A DNA stretch of 62,966 nt, filler included, from Stramenopiles sp. TOSAG23-6 (GCA_900128565.1; 8 parts of 8 records of this genome joined end to end with filler, not necessarily neighbours in it); one strand, 5' to 3'; numbered from the whole stretch's first letter, positions 35,028-46,888 are shown. The notes: a model not told the origin generated them from the letters alone. Numbers and translations: made by a program.

Positions 35028-35275
35028 GTATGTTTTATTTTTTTTTTTTACAAAAAAATCGAATTTTTTTTTCGTACGAAATTTTGTNNNNNNNNNNNNN
35101 NNNNNNNNNNNNNNNNNNNNNNNNNNNNNNNTTAATTAATTAANNNNNNNNNNNNNNNNNNNNNNNNNNNNNNNNNNNNNNNNNNNNAATATTTCAAAAA
35201 AAAAAACTAAAATTTGTTAGGTACAAAATTTCGTACGAAAAAATAAATAAATTCAAAATTGAAATGAAAACGTAC

Positions 35276-36270
35276 AGTTGTGCCGTAGATTCAGTTGTTA
35301 ATTGCATATTGCGATTATTTTGAAGAATGTTTGCATAATCAGCTTTCTTTAAGAATTTCATCTCATCTCCAACTAATCTGACTTGGATTTGAGCAGGATA
35401 TTTGCCATCCCAAGCCGTGGGGTCAATATTTAAATTCGCGGTACTTGCACATTCAAAAACACCAAATATCACTTGGGTCTTGAAATTTTTTAAGAAAACA
35501 TACTGTTTTCCTGGCTCTAGGTGTTTCATTTTTGACAATCGCGATTCAGGGGCACCAAAAAGTTTGGTTGAAAGACACTCTGATTCAGTTAAAGGAGAAC
35601 AATGAAACATCATTCCTCCGATGGATTTATATCCTGGATTAGTAGGAATAAATTTTGGGGCAGTAATAGAGAATTGTTGTTGGGGTTGCCTTGCACGATT
35701 TTTAATTCCAGTTTTAAGCTTTGCAGCATATTTCAATTCTTGTAATTTCCTTTTGTGTAGATCGAGGTCCTTTTGATGTGTAGCTGAGATGTTCTTATTT
35801 TGCTCAGGAATGTTTTCTTTGTCCTTCAATTGGAGGGACTTGTTCAGGTGAATTAAACGTAAAAGTTCATTTCCTTTTTCACTGCCTACGTGAAGGTTGA
35901 TGAATGCATTTTCTAACTCCTTGCGTGTGAAACTTGTAGATCGATCTATAAACAAACTTTGACAAGCATATAACAAATGAGATGTATCACATTCAGAAAT
36001 AGCTCGCAAATCATCGTTTGAACAATAATTATTGGCGTTGACTACTATACCATCCACTTCATCTGAGTTGACTATGTTCGAAGAAACCGGATTTTCACCA
36101 ACATCACCAAGCCTTTTTAAGAGATTTGCTTCTGTGCCTTGGTCGTCGGCTTCACTGTAAAGCGTTTCCTCACTCGCAATTACATTGCTGGGAATAGCAA
36201 CTTGCATTATGAAATTGTGTTTCACAAAAGTTAATAAGGCAAAAGTACCTGAAGTGTTATGACCATTCAT
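35276..36270 (-). CDS. DCD (development and cell death) domain protein, 3' truncated at an intron
   Basis: GGMMFHCSPLTESECLSTKLFG...PG..VFL.NF..IFGVFE...NIDPTAW...YPAQI; intron donor at 35275. Confidence 0.8.
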
Positions 36271-36450
36271 TCACGAATATTATTTTACCGTACCAAATTT
36301 CCGTATGACACGTGGCGTGGATTCAGCTATTACGTAGTATTAGCAGAAGAAGAGCCTTGAGAGCTACTACGAAATTAAATGTTTACCCAGAAGAGATTTC
36401 CATTTCATCCTGCATTGCTTTGAAGATATTCATTTGATACTATCTCTTCT

Positions 36451-38448
36451 ATGGTGAGAGCATTGTTTAAACCCTTATGTCACAGCTACAATAAAGCTGT
36501 AAGTGTTCCACAGTTTTATTATAATGTGCGTTATACTAGAAGTAGAAAACTAGATTTCAAAAGTCGATCATTCTCAAGTGACACTGCAAAGCGCCATAAA
36601 CGATGCAAAATACGAAATAAGAATCAAAAACTGGGCCAATATAGTCGTTCGAGTCCGTTTATTGATTATATTTTAAGTGCAATTATACGCTCGGGTAATA
36701 CACGTAATGCATGGACTCGTTTCAAAGAGTTGGAAATAAATACTTTTCACCAAAATGCAAAATATCGTGTAGCTGGTGCGAAAGAAAATAAACATGTTGA
36801 CAATAGTATACTCACCGTGGCGGAATGCAACGCAATGTTTGATCGATGTTGTTTCACAAGCGAACATCAACGATTTATTTTAAATACAACAATGGTAAAT
36901 TTAGGAATAGTTTCTGATATTGACACTTACAACAAACTTATAAAAATGCTTATTCTTGAGAACAAGCGGTCACACGCGCGTCACGTTTACAATGTCGAAA
37001 TGAGAAAAGCTGGTATCAAACCTAATGATTATACTAAAAAATTGTTAAAACTTAGTAACAAGGAATGTAATACTTATCGGATCAATATCTTAAAAGCTAT
37101 TGGAGAAAGTGCCAAAATAGATCAAGGAGGCCATTCTTTGAAAGTTGCAAAGTCTTTTTTCGAAAAGCTCCTTCTAGCGAAAAATGATTTCCGACATACA
37201 ATTACGTCGTCTGTGTTGTACCCACTAGTAGATAAGTTTTGCCTGAATAGCGACGAGCAGCGGAATATGATTAGTAGAGCTATTATAGCAAAGTCAGAAA
37301 AAAACTTGAATTCTGACTGGAAGCCTGGTTGGAGAGTGTACCAGCTTCTTATTGATAGATTAATACTTGAAGGTGATGATAACGCAGCAATGACTATACG
37401 AGAAAATATGATAAAACATGGCGTTCCAGTTGAGCCAATCAAGAAAAATTCTTGTGAGATGATTTCAAGCCTTCGTGTTGATTTTATACGTTATCTTGTG
37501 CGGCATGGAGGTTTTGAAGCTATAGGTGAAGTCAAATTATTATATCAAAAGCTTATTGAGCGTCGTAAAGTTTGTGTCTATGTTCTCAATGAAATGCTAA
37601 AATTGGTTCCTAGTGATAAACAACGTATACTCATTAATGACTCAGCAAAAATAGGTGTGATACTTGATTGTAGAACTTATAATTCCATGGCTGAAATGTT
37701 GCTTATTGAAGGTGATTATGAGGGTGCGAATAAAGTGATAAAAGAGGAATTGGTTAATGCTGGATTAAGTGGAAATAAATATTCGGAGAATGTGCTAGAA
37801 CTATCTGAAGTTCAATTACAATCTCTGCGTAGATCAACCATAGCAAAGTGGCTTTATCGTGATGATGAATCAGCTGAGGCAGCATGGTGGCTCTATGAAA
37901 CTCTTCTGAATCGTGGTCTGGTTGACTCTCATATTTTCTCAACAATGCTAGAATGGTGTGGGAATATTTCACTTCAGCGTGAGCTGTTTTCGGATTTAAA
38001 TGATTCGGATAATAAGTATATAGAAAAAAATAGACCAAAGCCTAATGCGGACCATTACTACTTTCTTATTGAAGCGTTGCGTCTTGAAGGTAATGATTCA
38101 GCAGCACGTAAAGTTGTAGATGTCGAAATGGCAGCAGCATGTGTGAAACCAAATCCTAAGATACTTTATCTGATGGGTATGTCATCAAATGTTATTCAGA
38201 TACTGCGTATCAATCGTATGAAGCGCTGGTTGGCACAAGGTGGTGATTATTCTATCGATGCTATGCAACTTTTGTTTGAAAAATTAGTTGAATGTGGAGA
38301 TGATACGAGTGAAACTTGGGATATAATGCGTAAGGCAGGCGATGATGCGGTAAGAAGAAACGAACAAAAAATTAAAGATGAGAATACAACCAATTCTAGT
38401 ACTAGTGGTGGTTGGTCTACTGCATCATTACTTCGTTGTTTTCAATAA
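36451..38448 (+). CDS. Pentatricopeptide-repeat (PPR)-like protein, probably mitochondrial
   Basis: Repeated TYNKLIKML...EMRKAGIKPN-type helical units; basic N-terminal targeting-like peptide. Confidence 0.75.
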   Translation: MVRALFKPLCHSYNKAVSVPQFYYNVRYTRSRKLDFKSRSFSSDTAKRHKRCKIRNKNQKLGQYSRSSPFIDYILSAIIRSGNTRNAWTRFKELEINTFHQNAKYRVAGAKENKHVDNSILTVAECNAMFDRCCFTSEHQRFILNTTMVNLGIVSDIDTYNKLIKMLILENKRSHARHVYNVEMRKAGIKPNDYTKKLLKLSNKECNTYRINILKAIGESAKIDQGGHSLKVAKSFFEKLLLAKNDFRHTITSSVLYPLVDKFCLNSDEQRNMISRAIIAKSEKNLNSDWKPGWRVYQLLIDRLILEGDDNAAMTIRENMIKHGVPVEPIKKNSCEMISSLRVDFIRYLVRHGGFEAIGEVKLLYQKLIERRKVCVYVLNEMLKLVPSDKQRILINDSAKIGVILDCRTYNSMAEMLLIEGDYEGANKVIKEELVNAGLSGNKYSENVLELSEVQLQSLRRSTIAKWLYRDDESAEAAWWLYETLLNRGLVDSHIFSTMLEWCGNISLQRELFSDLNDSDNKYIEKNRPKPNADHYYFLIEALRLEGNDSAARKVVDVEMAAACVKPNPKILYLMGMSSNVIQILRINRMKRWLAQGGDYSIDAMQLLFEKLVECGDDTSETWDIMRKAGDDAVRRNEQKIKDENTTNSSTSGGWSTASLLRCFQ

Positions 38449-38533
38449 ATGTATGTTTTATTTATTACATAAATATTCTTTATTTTGTAGTTTAATTTTT
38501 GAAATTGAATGCACATAGAATATATGAAAGTTA

Positions 38534-40714
38534 TCAATAGTTTTCTGTAGCCGTACTTAACATCATAGTTGCATTTGGGACGAGACATGCATTCAATAAA
38601 GTTTCAGACATGTCCTTGTATGCCTTGGATGGGAATGCAGTTCTTAATTGGAATGGAGTCTTAGCTTCACGATGTTTTATTACATAGTGTATCACATCAC
38701 CAATTGTATCGTAACAAGACATCAAAAGAACTAATGTTTGAGTTCCATCTTCGGATCGGATCTGTAGAGTTGTAGTCTCCAAATCAGTCGACAAAGACCG
38801 TATCAGTATTTCTTTTTTTTGCAAAACTCTCGATGTAAAATCTGCTCCTTTTGACGATACATCATGCAATTGCTTTCTTTCCAAATGTCTCTTTGTCAAT
38901 TGTAATACCATATTTGTTTCTACTACTAAAAGTTGATCTACCGCTCGATCCGTATGTCCTCCCCTAGAACGCATTATTTCATCAAATAAATTTTTCTTGA
39001 TGATTTCTAGAGATTCGTAAAATTTTTCAGAACTAGCAATTGGTACATTATTGACTTTGTCACGCTGATTTACAAATGTAAACTCGCTAGACCCAATGTT
39101 CTTCAAACTTCGTAAATTTGATCCTGATGATAAGGATCTTACCGCAACAAGCGCAATTCCCGACACTGGTGTTTTAGCTAAACCACTTTGTCTATTTTTA
39201 TATGATGTATGAGAATGTTGTTGCTGTCGCTGTTGTCGTGTGTTTCTCGGTACCATTTGCTTACCGCGTGAACTAATCGGTCTATTTTGTGAAACACTTG
39301 ATGCCTGAGTACCCTTATTATTTGATATAGTATTATCAAAAGAGTGTGAAACTTCTTGTTTGATTAATATTCTTCTTTTCTGTATTGATTCTCGTGTATT
39401 TTCCGTGGAACGTGTTTCCTGATCTGATAACTTTCTTCCTAACCTTCGATTTATTACACTTCCAACATTAGGATTTTTCCGATTCTCCACAAATTGCGGA
39501 GAACTTAAAGATGACACAAAAGGTAATGTATTGCGCTGTCCTTCTGATTTAGTTTCAGAATTATACAACTTTTCGCGGCAATCTTCAATGGGCGCAAAAA
39601 CAACTCCATCTGGGTAATCAGCCTCAAATTCTGCTGGAAAAAAGCCATCAAAAATATCTTTTAAGAATTGTTTTGTTATTCGCTCATTGTATCGACGCGG
39701 CTCTCCACGATTTACAACGATACAATCAAGGTATATTGAAATTGCTACTGGTGTGGGTTCCACAAGACGTGCTGTATGATTCTTTGTGTGAACTACCTTT
39801 TTCTGATCTTCCTTGGCTACTTTATTGAGACAAATAATCTGTTTCAAAAGGCTGGTAAAATCTATACGTTTTCCAATATCTATTGATGATTCTTCAACAA
39901 CATTTCTCTTTCTATTTTGACGATTTATATTTTTAGAGTTTGGCGATGAACCTACCCAAACAAGACCGTAGTCATTGAGGAACTTTTGAATATCGTTATT
40001 CTCTTTACACAGTTTTTCATTATCTCTGCGCAACCTTCCATTTTCCTGAACGATAGATTTCACTGAACCTGTTCTATTATTATTTTTTAATTCAGTTTGA
40101 AACTTCTTTCCCATTGCTGTTTTATCTGCTATTAACTCCCTACAACGTTGACGCAACTCACTTATTTCATTGTCACGTTCAGTTATTGAAGCTTTCAATT
40201 GTAAATTAGCTGACTTCAAACTACAAATTCGAGACGCGAAACGAGTGTCTGTTATTTTATTACTTGAATCTAATCCTCGTATTGAATTAATTGGCGATCT
40301 AGATAACCCTATATTGACCTTGTTTCTTCTGGGAAGTACAAGTTGTTCGGCAATCGATCGTTTACCACTTTGTAATAATCGANTACTAAGTGCTGCTGTT
40401 TGAACTGCGCATTGCCCTGAGAAATTTTCTGGAGGCTGTGGTGGCGGTGAAAGTCTGTTAGAAGTTGAAGGTTGCCTTGACCTTGACGAAACTGGTAACC
40501 CAAGTCGAATGCTCTTTCGATTTCGTGAGTTTGCTTGAGTATCCTCTTTCGAAATTTCTGTTGACTTTACTGTATATGCACTTCTCGGTCGGCGTAACAC
40601 CACACCAAAACCAGGACTTCTAGAAATCATCGCAAACTCCTCATTTAAGTTTTTATTCTTATCTGATGAAACATCAGAGTTAATGTACTTTCGTAAAACT
40701 TTCTTCGAATCCAT
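38534..40714 (-). CDS. UBXN11: SEP + UBX domain protein, UBXN11-like
   Basis: FLNDYGLVWVG, FLKDIFDGFFPAEF...YPDGV, and a C-terminal UBX domain (TIGDV...FQLRTAFP...ACLVPNA). Confidence 0.8.
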   Translation of the reverse strand: MDSKKVLRKYINSDVSSDKNKNLNEEFAMISRSPGFGVVLRRPRSAYTVKSTEISKEDTQANSRNRKSIRLGLPVSSRSRQPSTSNRLSPPPQPPENFSGQCAVQTAALSXRLLQSGKRSIAEQLVLPRRNKVNIGLSRSPINSIRGLDSSNKITDTRFASRICSLKSANLQLKASITERDNEISELRQRCRELIADKTAMGKKFQTELKNNNRTGSVKSIVQENGRLRRDNEKLCKENNDIQKFLNDYGLVWVGSSPNSKNINRQNRKRNVVEESSIDIGKRIDFTSLLKQIICLNKVAKEDQKKVVHTKNHTARLVEPTPVAISIYLDCIVVNRGEPRRYNERITKQFLKDIFDGFFPAEFEADYPDGVVFAPIEDCREKLYNSETKSEGQRNTLPFVSSLSSPQFVENRKNPNVGSVINRRLGRKLSDQETRSTENTRESIQKRRILIKQEVSHSFDNTISNNKGTQASSVSQNRPISSRGKQMVPRNTRQQRQQQHSHTSYKNRQSGLAKTPVSGIALVAVRSLSSGSNLRSLKNIGSSEFTFVNQRDKVNNVPIASSEKFYESLEIIKKNLFDEIMRSRGGHTDRAVDQLLVVETNMVLQLTKRHLERKQLHDVSSKGADFTSRVLQKKEILIRSLSTDLETTTLQIRSEDGTQTLVLLMSCYDTIGDVIHYVIKHREAKTPFQLRTAFPSKAYKDMSETLLNACLVPNATMMLSTATENY

Positions 40715-41164
40715 GAGGTCAAAAGTTGGAATTTAGTTAATGGTTCTAACTACTATCATTTCTAAAAATTCTTAACTTTGAAATCATAAGAAATCAAAGG
40801 ATAAAAACACCTAAATTTCCCAACCAAAACTACCTTTGTCTCAACGTCAACAGACTCTGATCTTCCGTTTGCATCCAATCCCAGCACTCTGTACTGTGAA
40901 AATATTTTTGGTAGTAGTACGTAGCATAACTACTACGATATATATAAACGTTACTTTTAACGGACGACGATAGGATTTTTGACAAATTTTATTTGCGCGC
41001 GCACTTATTTGTTGAATTCAGTATTTTGTCGTTTCGTGTTCGTCAAAAAAAAATCAAATGTTATTTTTTTTGCTTTTCGGTCAAACGAAGAAAGACATGA
41101 AAAGGACATCAGAAAGACATTAATTATAGTATTGAAACACTGGCGGAGGAATGTGCTAATTGAA

Positions 41165-42259
41165 ATGTCTAAGGTCATTATACTAATATTAGCAATACTA
41201 GTATGTTGTTGTCCCTCGACTGTTTGTGCGGAGGTTGACAAAGTAATGCGTCTCGAATTTGTTCACAAGTATATTGTCGAAGGGCTGAGTTGCAAAATGA
41301 TTGCCTCTTTGTTTCCTCATATATGCTCGTTAAGAACGGTGCAGAGAATAATTAATCATTACTATGCGTATGGTGACGTTAAAGTTCGCAAAGACAAGCC
41401 GGAGACGCGGCAATCCAGCTTTGATAATGACCACTGGCCGACGTTAGTTAAAATAATAGACGAAAACCCAAGGATTTATCTTGATGAAATTCAATGTGAG
41501 CTAAGGAAGAGAGTTGGTTTCCTCTATAGTGCCTCCGTAATAGAACGGAAAATGTTGGAAAATAATATCACGTGGAGACTGCTACAACAACGCGCAAGTC
41601 AACGCGATGAGGACGAGCGCCGCGCTTTTCTTGGTATGATACAAACCTTTGACCCCCGCTGTTTTATTTTCCTAGATGAAAGTCACTTCGATTCGAAAGA
41701 GGTTCGAAGACGAAGAGGAAGAGGATTTTGTAACAGACCCGTCAGTGTAAGTGTGCCTCTAGGCCGGGGACAGTCATATAGTTTATTAGGTGCAATGAAT
41801 ATGAATGGTTTCGTCACATCAGCTTGCGATCTGGTACCGGATAGAGGTGTAGATGCCGAACGATGTGTTCAATGGCTTGAAGAGAAAGTAATCCCAGTGC
41901 TTCAGCCTTATAATCCTTTTGAGCCTAATCCAAACAGCATTTTAATATTAGATAATGCGGCAATTCACCATGACAATCGCGTTAGAGGGCTCATTGAGGC
42001 AACTGGCGCATTGATAAGGTATTTACCTCCTTACTCGCCGGATTTTAATCCTATTGAGTCTTGTTTTCACAATTTGAAAATGTTGCTAAGGCGAAACGAG
42101 ACTTTAGCTATTGCATATCCTCTATTTGCTTGTGCAATGGGTATCGAAAAGATAACTCTAGCACAAGCACGAGCTTCCTTCAGACATTGTGGATATAATG
42201 TTCCAACAACAGAAAGTGATGAACAAATATTATTAGCATTAGCATTGATGCTGCTTTAA
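41165..42259 (+). CDS. DD34E transposase (IS630/Tc1, DDE_3) with N-terminal HTH domains
   Basis: FIFLDES, LILDNAAIH and LPPYSPDFNPIE, with 34 residues between the second D and E; SLRTVQRI and IYLDEIQ HTH-like segments. Confidence 0.92.
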   Translation: MSKVIILILAILVCCCPSTVCAEVDKVMRLEFVHKYIVEGLSCKMIASLFPHICSLRTVQRIINHYYAYGDVKVRKDKPETRQSSFDNDHWPTLVKIIDENPRIYLDEIQCELRKRVGFLYSASVIERKMLENNITWRLLQQRASQRDEDERRAFLGMIQTFDPRCFIFLDESHFDSKEVRRRRGRGFCNRPVSVSVPLGRGQSYSLLGAMNMNGFVTSACDLVPDRGVDAERCVQWLEEKVIPVLQPYNPFEPNPNSILILDNAAIHHDNRVRGLIEATGALIRYLPPYSPDFNPIESCFHNLKMLLRRNETLAIAYPLFACAMGIEKITLAQARASFRHCGYNVPTTESDEQILLALALMLL

Positions 42260-42364
42260 AAAATAAACAATTAAAAAATGTAAAAAAAAAACAGGCACTA
42301 CTAGATTTTATTATACAATAAACAACTTATACTTCGCTTTGTGTACCTATTCTATTTTACTCAT

Positions 42365-45055
42365 TCATTGTGTTAAAACAATTTCATCAACAAACTCCAT
42401 TGCAACTTGAAGCTGTTCATTGCTCATGTCAACAGGTTCTGTAGTCAAGACGTTAACATTTACCAGTCTCTCTACGCCAGAATTAAAGCCTTCTATAACC
42501 AAGCTGTCTTTATGTTGACCAGCTCGTACACTGTGTATTGTGAAATATATTTTTAAATTTTTACTAGCTAGGTAAACAATTTTCTGTGAAAAAAGATATA
42601 TTTGAAATTAACGATGAAAACGTATATTGCGAATATCTGAAGTTTTGTCACGCATTCCTCTCTTAAATGTTTTAAGTTTTTTTTTGATACTATCTCTTTT
42701 TTCCGATTCAAATATTTTTCGTTTTGAAGAATTGTGTTCGATACCAACAAATGCATTGATTATCTTACTATCCACTTTATCAAGCCGAGAATTCTCGATG
42801 AATTCAGCTCCAGCTGCTTGAGTTCCTCCATCATTTTTTGTTTCAATAGCTTGTTTCTCTCCGTCTTTCTTTTGCTGATTCAAAAATTCAAGTTGTTTCA
42901 TTTGAATTAAAGCCTTAATTGAATCCGTAAGTTGTTCAGTTCTGTTATTAGTAGGCGTTTGAAAAGTAGATCTGAAAGTAGAAAAATCATGTGTTGCATT
43001 TACATCATTTTCATCTACAATAGGCAATTCACCAGCATATAACTTATTTTGTCTCAAGTCTTCCCAATCCTTGATTTTTAAATATCCACGAAAATGTGAC
43101 TCTTCCAATTCGAATTTGTGAAAGTCGCAATGGTTTACATCAATATTGAATTTATGTTGTATTCTGGATGCCATGAATGATAAATGTGGCAGTTTAAAAG
43201 CTAAATTAGAGAATGTGTTTATTCCATCGGTTCGGATCCCACCCTGTTTTAGTTTTGAAAAACATTTTCTCACTTTTGTCATCATTGCTTGCAAGCTTAA
43301 ATTAGTCATTTGATTCTCACGTGTTTGTTTCTTTGATGCATTAATTCTTGGAACAAATCTCTTAGGTAAGCAAACAGGAAATTCGTGTGACGGCCATCCG
43401 TTTTCAACGTCAAATGATTTATCTAATGTTGCTGTATCTTCTTCATTCAATTTTTCATTATATGCACTTTCATCATTGGTTCTAAAAGTCAGAAGTATAT
43501 CAACTTGTGATTTACTCTTAATGTACTCGAATAGAGCTTCAGCCGAATGCATATGCTTAAAGCATGTGTGGTTGCCCACACGTGTGGCTACATAGAGCAA
43601 ACCGTTTTCATCATGAGCCAGAATGCTTTTAGTTAGTAAAAGTGATGCTGCTGCTTTCTTCATCTCAATAAGACAATTTGTTTCTTGAAATGTTAAAAAA
43701 TTTGATTCAATCGTTTGAAATTCATTATTTGTATTTTTATTCCTCTTCTGTTTTAGATTGTTTGTTGGATCAGGTAGTATACCTTGACCTGGTATAAAAA
43801 CTGCTGATGATTGGATGACAGCTAATTTTATTCGTTTAGTTCTTATTTTTTTGACTTTTGGTGTGCGACTAGTTGAAGTTTGTTTTTTGGGTTTTGACTT
43901 TTCCTTAGTATTGTTTGAATTTTCGTTGTTTGACTCTTGGTACAAGCATATGTACATAGTATCGTCGGTCAAGTCTTCAAGATACGAACACAATGCATTA
44001 TCCTGTTTTATTGGCTCGAAGGTTTTGCTTGAAAGTGGTTTACCTTTTTTGCTCAATTTAGGCACAAGAAACATGTCTTTGGATAAATTAGTTGGTGCAT
44101 CCTCCATACGATCGGACAGTATATCAATAATTGTTTTCACTTCTGTAGTAGAAGTTTCGCCAATTACTTTTATATCACTGTACACGATTGCTGTGTTGTC
44201 GAATTCTCCAATGTAATTTTGTGGGTTTGATACAATTGTTTTAACAGACTTGGATACATATAGCTTGATTTTTTTTACTGAATCTTTGGATGGCACTTCA
44301 ATACTGTCGTCGTCATTCGTTGCTGGATCTTTACTATCGGTTGTTGAATCGCTATCGTCAAACGATACAGGGTTTAAAGGCAACGATTTTGCTTTACCTG
44401 TACCATCGGTTGTTGTTGAATCGGTATCGCTATCTGAACCCTCGGTTGTTGAATCGCTATCTGAACCCTCGGTTGTTGAATCGCTACTAGATAGGGAATA
44501 CTTAGTCCGTGTGTTTTTTTTTTTGGAGTTATTCTCATCAGAAATCAAATCTAATAACACTTCCCCTGCCGAAATAGTTGAGTCTTTGGAACTAGAGTTA
44601 TCCATCTCGAAAGATTCAGAAACCGAATCAGTGGAGTCGGACTCAGACTCAGACTCGCAGACCACAGCAATCCTGAGTTTCCTGTTTGTATCGACGTGGG
44701 CTGTCATTATGGATTTCACATTCGTTTGTGTCAAAGGAGTCCATGCCGTTTCACGATTCGATAGTCCTGGTGTTCGTAAAACGTAAATGTTCTTATAACT
44801 TTCACTTGAACTGTGTTTCAGAGCCTTCTGTATTCCGTTGACAAGCTGCCCCATGATGGCGTTTCCTGTTCTACTTTGTGATACAACTTTTTTTATTTTT
44901 CCTTTTTCTTTAAAAGACTTTTTCTTTGTGCCAGTATAAAGTGACAGTACGATATAGTCATTACACCTACCTTTGTATAGAGTGGGCATTGCGTGATTAT
45001 TTAACAGCGAATCGTAACTAGGGTAGATAAAAGGTCTTTCTGATGTCCTTTTCAT
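42365..45055 (-). CDS. Transposon ORF2, about 865-aa protein of unknown function, 2 exons
   Basis: The ATG lies within the right TIR (MKRTSER); Ser/Asp/Thr-rich repeats; intron 42533-42625 joins a further 55-codon exon ending at TGA 42365. Confidence 0.7.
42533..42625 (-). other. AT-AC intron of the host family within transposon ORF2
   Basis: AAT|ATACGTTTTCA...TTTACCTAGC...AAATATATTTCACAATACAC|AGT. Confidence 0.6.
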
Positions 45056-45144
45056 GTCTTTCTTCGTTTGACCGAAAAGCAAAAAAAATAACATTTGATT
45101 TTTTTTTGACGAACACGAAACGACAAAATACTGAATTCAACAAT

Positions 45145-45183
45145 ACATCAAATTTGACATCAAATTTGATGTCAATTTGATGT
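45145..45183. repeat. Near-perfect 39-bp palindrome abutting the right TIR
   Basis: ACATCAAATTTGACATCAAATTTGATGTCAATTTGATGT. Confidence 0.85.
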
Positions 45184-45582
45184 TTTCTCTGTATTTTTGA
45201 AGTCGGTCAACTTTTTTTCCGCTCTTAACACTCAGCTCGCTCTTTTCTTCTCTCTCTTCCTCTCCGTTGCTGTCTTTGCTGGCTCTGGTCCCTTTGCTTC
45301 TCTTCCTTTTCTTTCACCGTACTTGTATCAGTAGAGCCTTCGTAATATTAAAGTGATTTAAAGGTAAGTTCACTCACTTTTCACATAATTTCGATTTCAC
45401 TATAATAATTCCTCAAAAGTGTCCCAAAAATTCTACAAACATTCCTTGTAACTTAATTGAAACACGTTCATCTTTGTATAACTGCTATACCCTCCGTAAC
45501 ACCCCCCAATACTTCATTCTAACAAAACAACTCACATTCGCATATATATTCACAATACAGTTTTAAAAAGCCTTATCGTAAA

Positions 45583-46573
45583 ATGTGTAAGAAAATGCAA
45601 GAAGTCAAAGTCGGTTGTGAGTCGAAGAATGTACAGCATGCGAATCGTCGAAGGATGCTGCTTAGGCGAAAAGAAGCCGAGGAGAAGTATGTCCGAAGAA
45701 TGGAACTTGGCCGTGATGATGCGAATCCGCCACCACGTAAATTAGCTGTTCAACCTCGTGATCCGCTCTGTCCTGTTTCGCCGTTGAAATCTGTTAAGCA
45801 ATTCGTTGATCGCATGAAAAAAGCCAAGTCTAAAATGTATGTTTTAATTTTCAATTTCGAATTTGTTTTTCGTACGAAATTTTGTACCTAACAAATTTTA
45901 GTGTTTTTTTTTGAAATATTTTTCCAAAATACATCCCAACAAAGATAGACTTTTCGGATAAGCGCGTACGATTAAAATTGCATAACCGTTACGTGCGTAA
46001 GAAAAAGAGAGCGGCTATGGCTAAAGCATGTTCTCGACAGAGAATATCAGCGCGCAAAAACGAGCTTGATTCTCTCAGGATGTTTTATTTTTTTTAATTT
46101 CGAATTTATTTTTTCGTACGGAATTTTGTACCTAACAAAAAAACGAAAACAAAAATATTTTTTCACAATATATGGGCAATGATGCAGGCCAGAGTGGCTG
46201 ATGCTTTAGCTGCTGAGTTGGCAGAAGAAGAAGCTCAAACAACTCACAACGAAGCAGAAAAAAGCTCAGCAAATGTCAAAGCTTGTGCTCTGATGAGAAT
46301 CTCGGAGCGCAGAGATGAGCTTGATTCGCTCAGGATGTTTTATTTTTTTAATTTCGAATTTATTTTTTTTTTTAATTTCGAATTTATTTTTTCGTACGGA
46401 ATTTTGTACCTAACAAAAAAACAAAAACAAAAATATTTTTTCACAATATATGGGCAATGATGCAGGTCAGACTGGCTGCTGCTATTGATGCTGGTTTGGA
46501 CGAAGAAGATGCCAAAACAACTCACGACGAAGCCTTTCTACTGGCTCAGCAATACCAAAAGGTGTTTGCTTGA
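45583..46573 (+). CDS. Hypothetical basic/coiled-coil protein, 4 coding exons with a duplicated exon-intron unit
   Basis: Frame is continuous after introns 45837-45934 (GT-AT), 46078-46173 and 46333-46451 (GG-AT); a probable 5'-UTR GT-AG intron lies at 45364-45560. Confidence 0.7.
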
Positions 46574-46623
46574 AATGTTAGTTTTCTTTTTCATTTTGTA
46601 AGTTTTTTTCTTTTTTATCGTTT

Positions 46624-46654
<31 letters not shown>

Positions 46655-46888
46655 CCGTTTCCTTTTTCCTTTTTTTTCTACAATGGATTTGTTTTATAGT
46701 TGTGATATTGTTGATTTTGTTTGGAGTATTTTATACGTATGGGTGGTGATGATGTGATGTTTATTTGTGGTGATGATGTGATGTTTATNNNNNNNNNNNN
46801 NNNNNNNNNNNNNNNNNNNNNNNNNNNNNNNNTTAATTAATTAANNNNNNNNNNNNNNNNNNNNNNNNNNNNNNNNNNNNNNNNNNNN

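Larger units (their letters stand above)
41009..45143. mobile_element. Two-gene Tc1/IS630-superfamily DNA transposon with 110-bp TIRs
   Basis: 41009-41118 is the reverse complement of 45034-45143; these enclose a DD34E transposase and a convergent second gene. TA lies at 41006-41007 and 45144-45145 (one-nt asymmetry on the left). Confidence 0.88.

Noticed and set aside
38449-38520. Donor-like AT|GTATGTTTTA just after the PPR stop codon
   Set aside because: No branch motif follows, so an intron is unsupported.
41009-45143. This Tc1/IS630 element as the mobiliser of the intron family
   Set aside because: Its termini (TTGTTGAATTC) and probable TA target share nothing with the intron ends (GTATGTTTT/AAAATAC, AT duplication).
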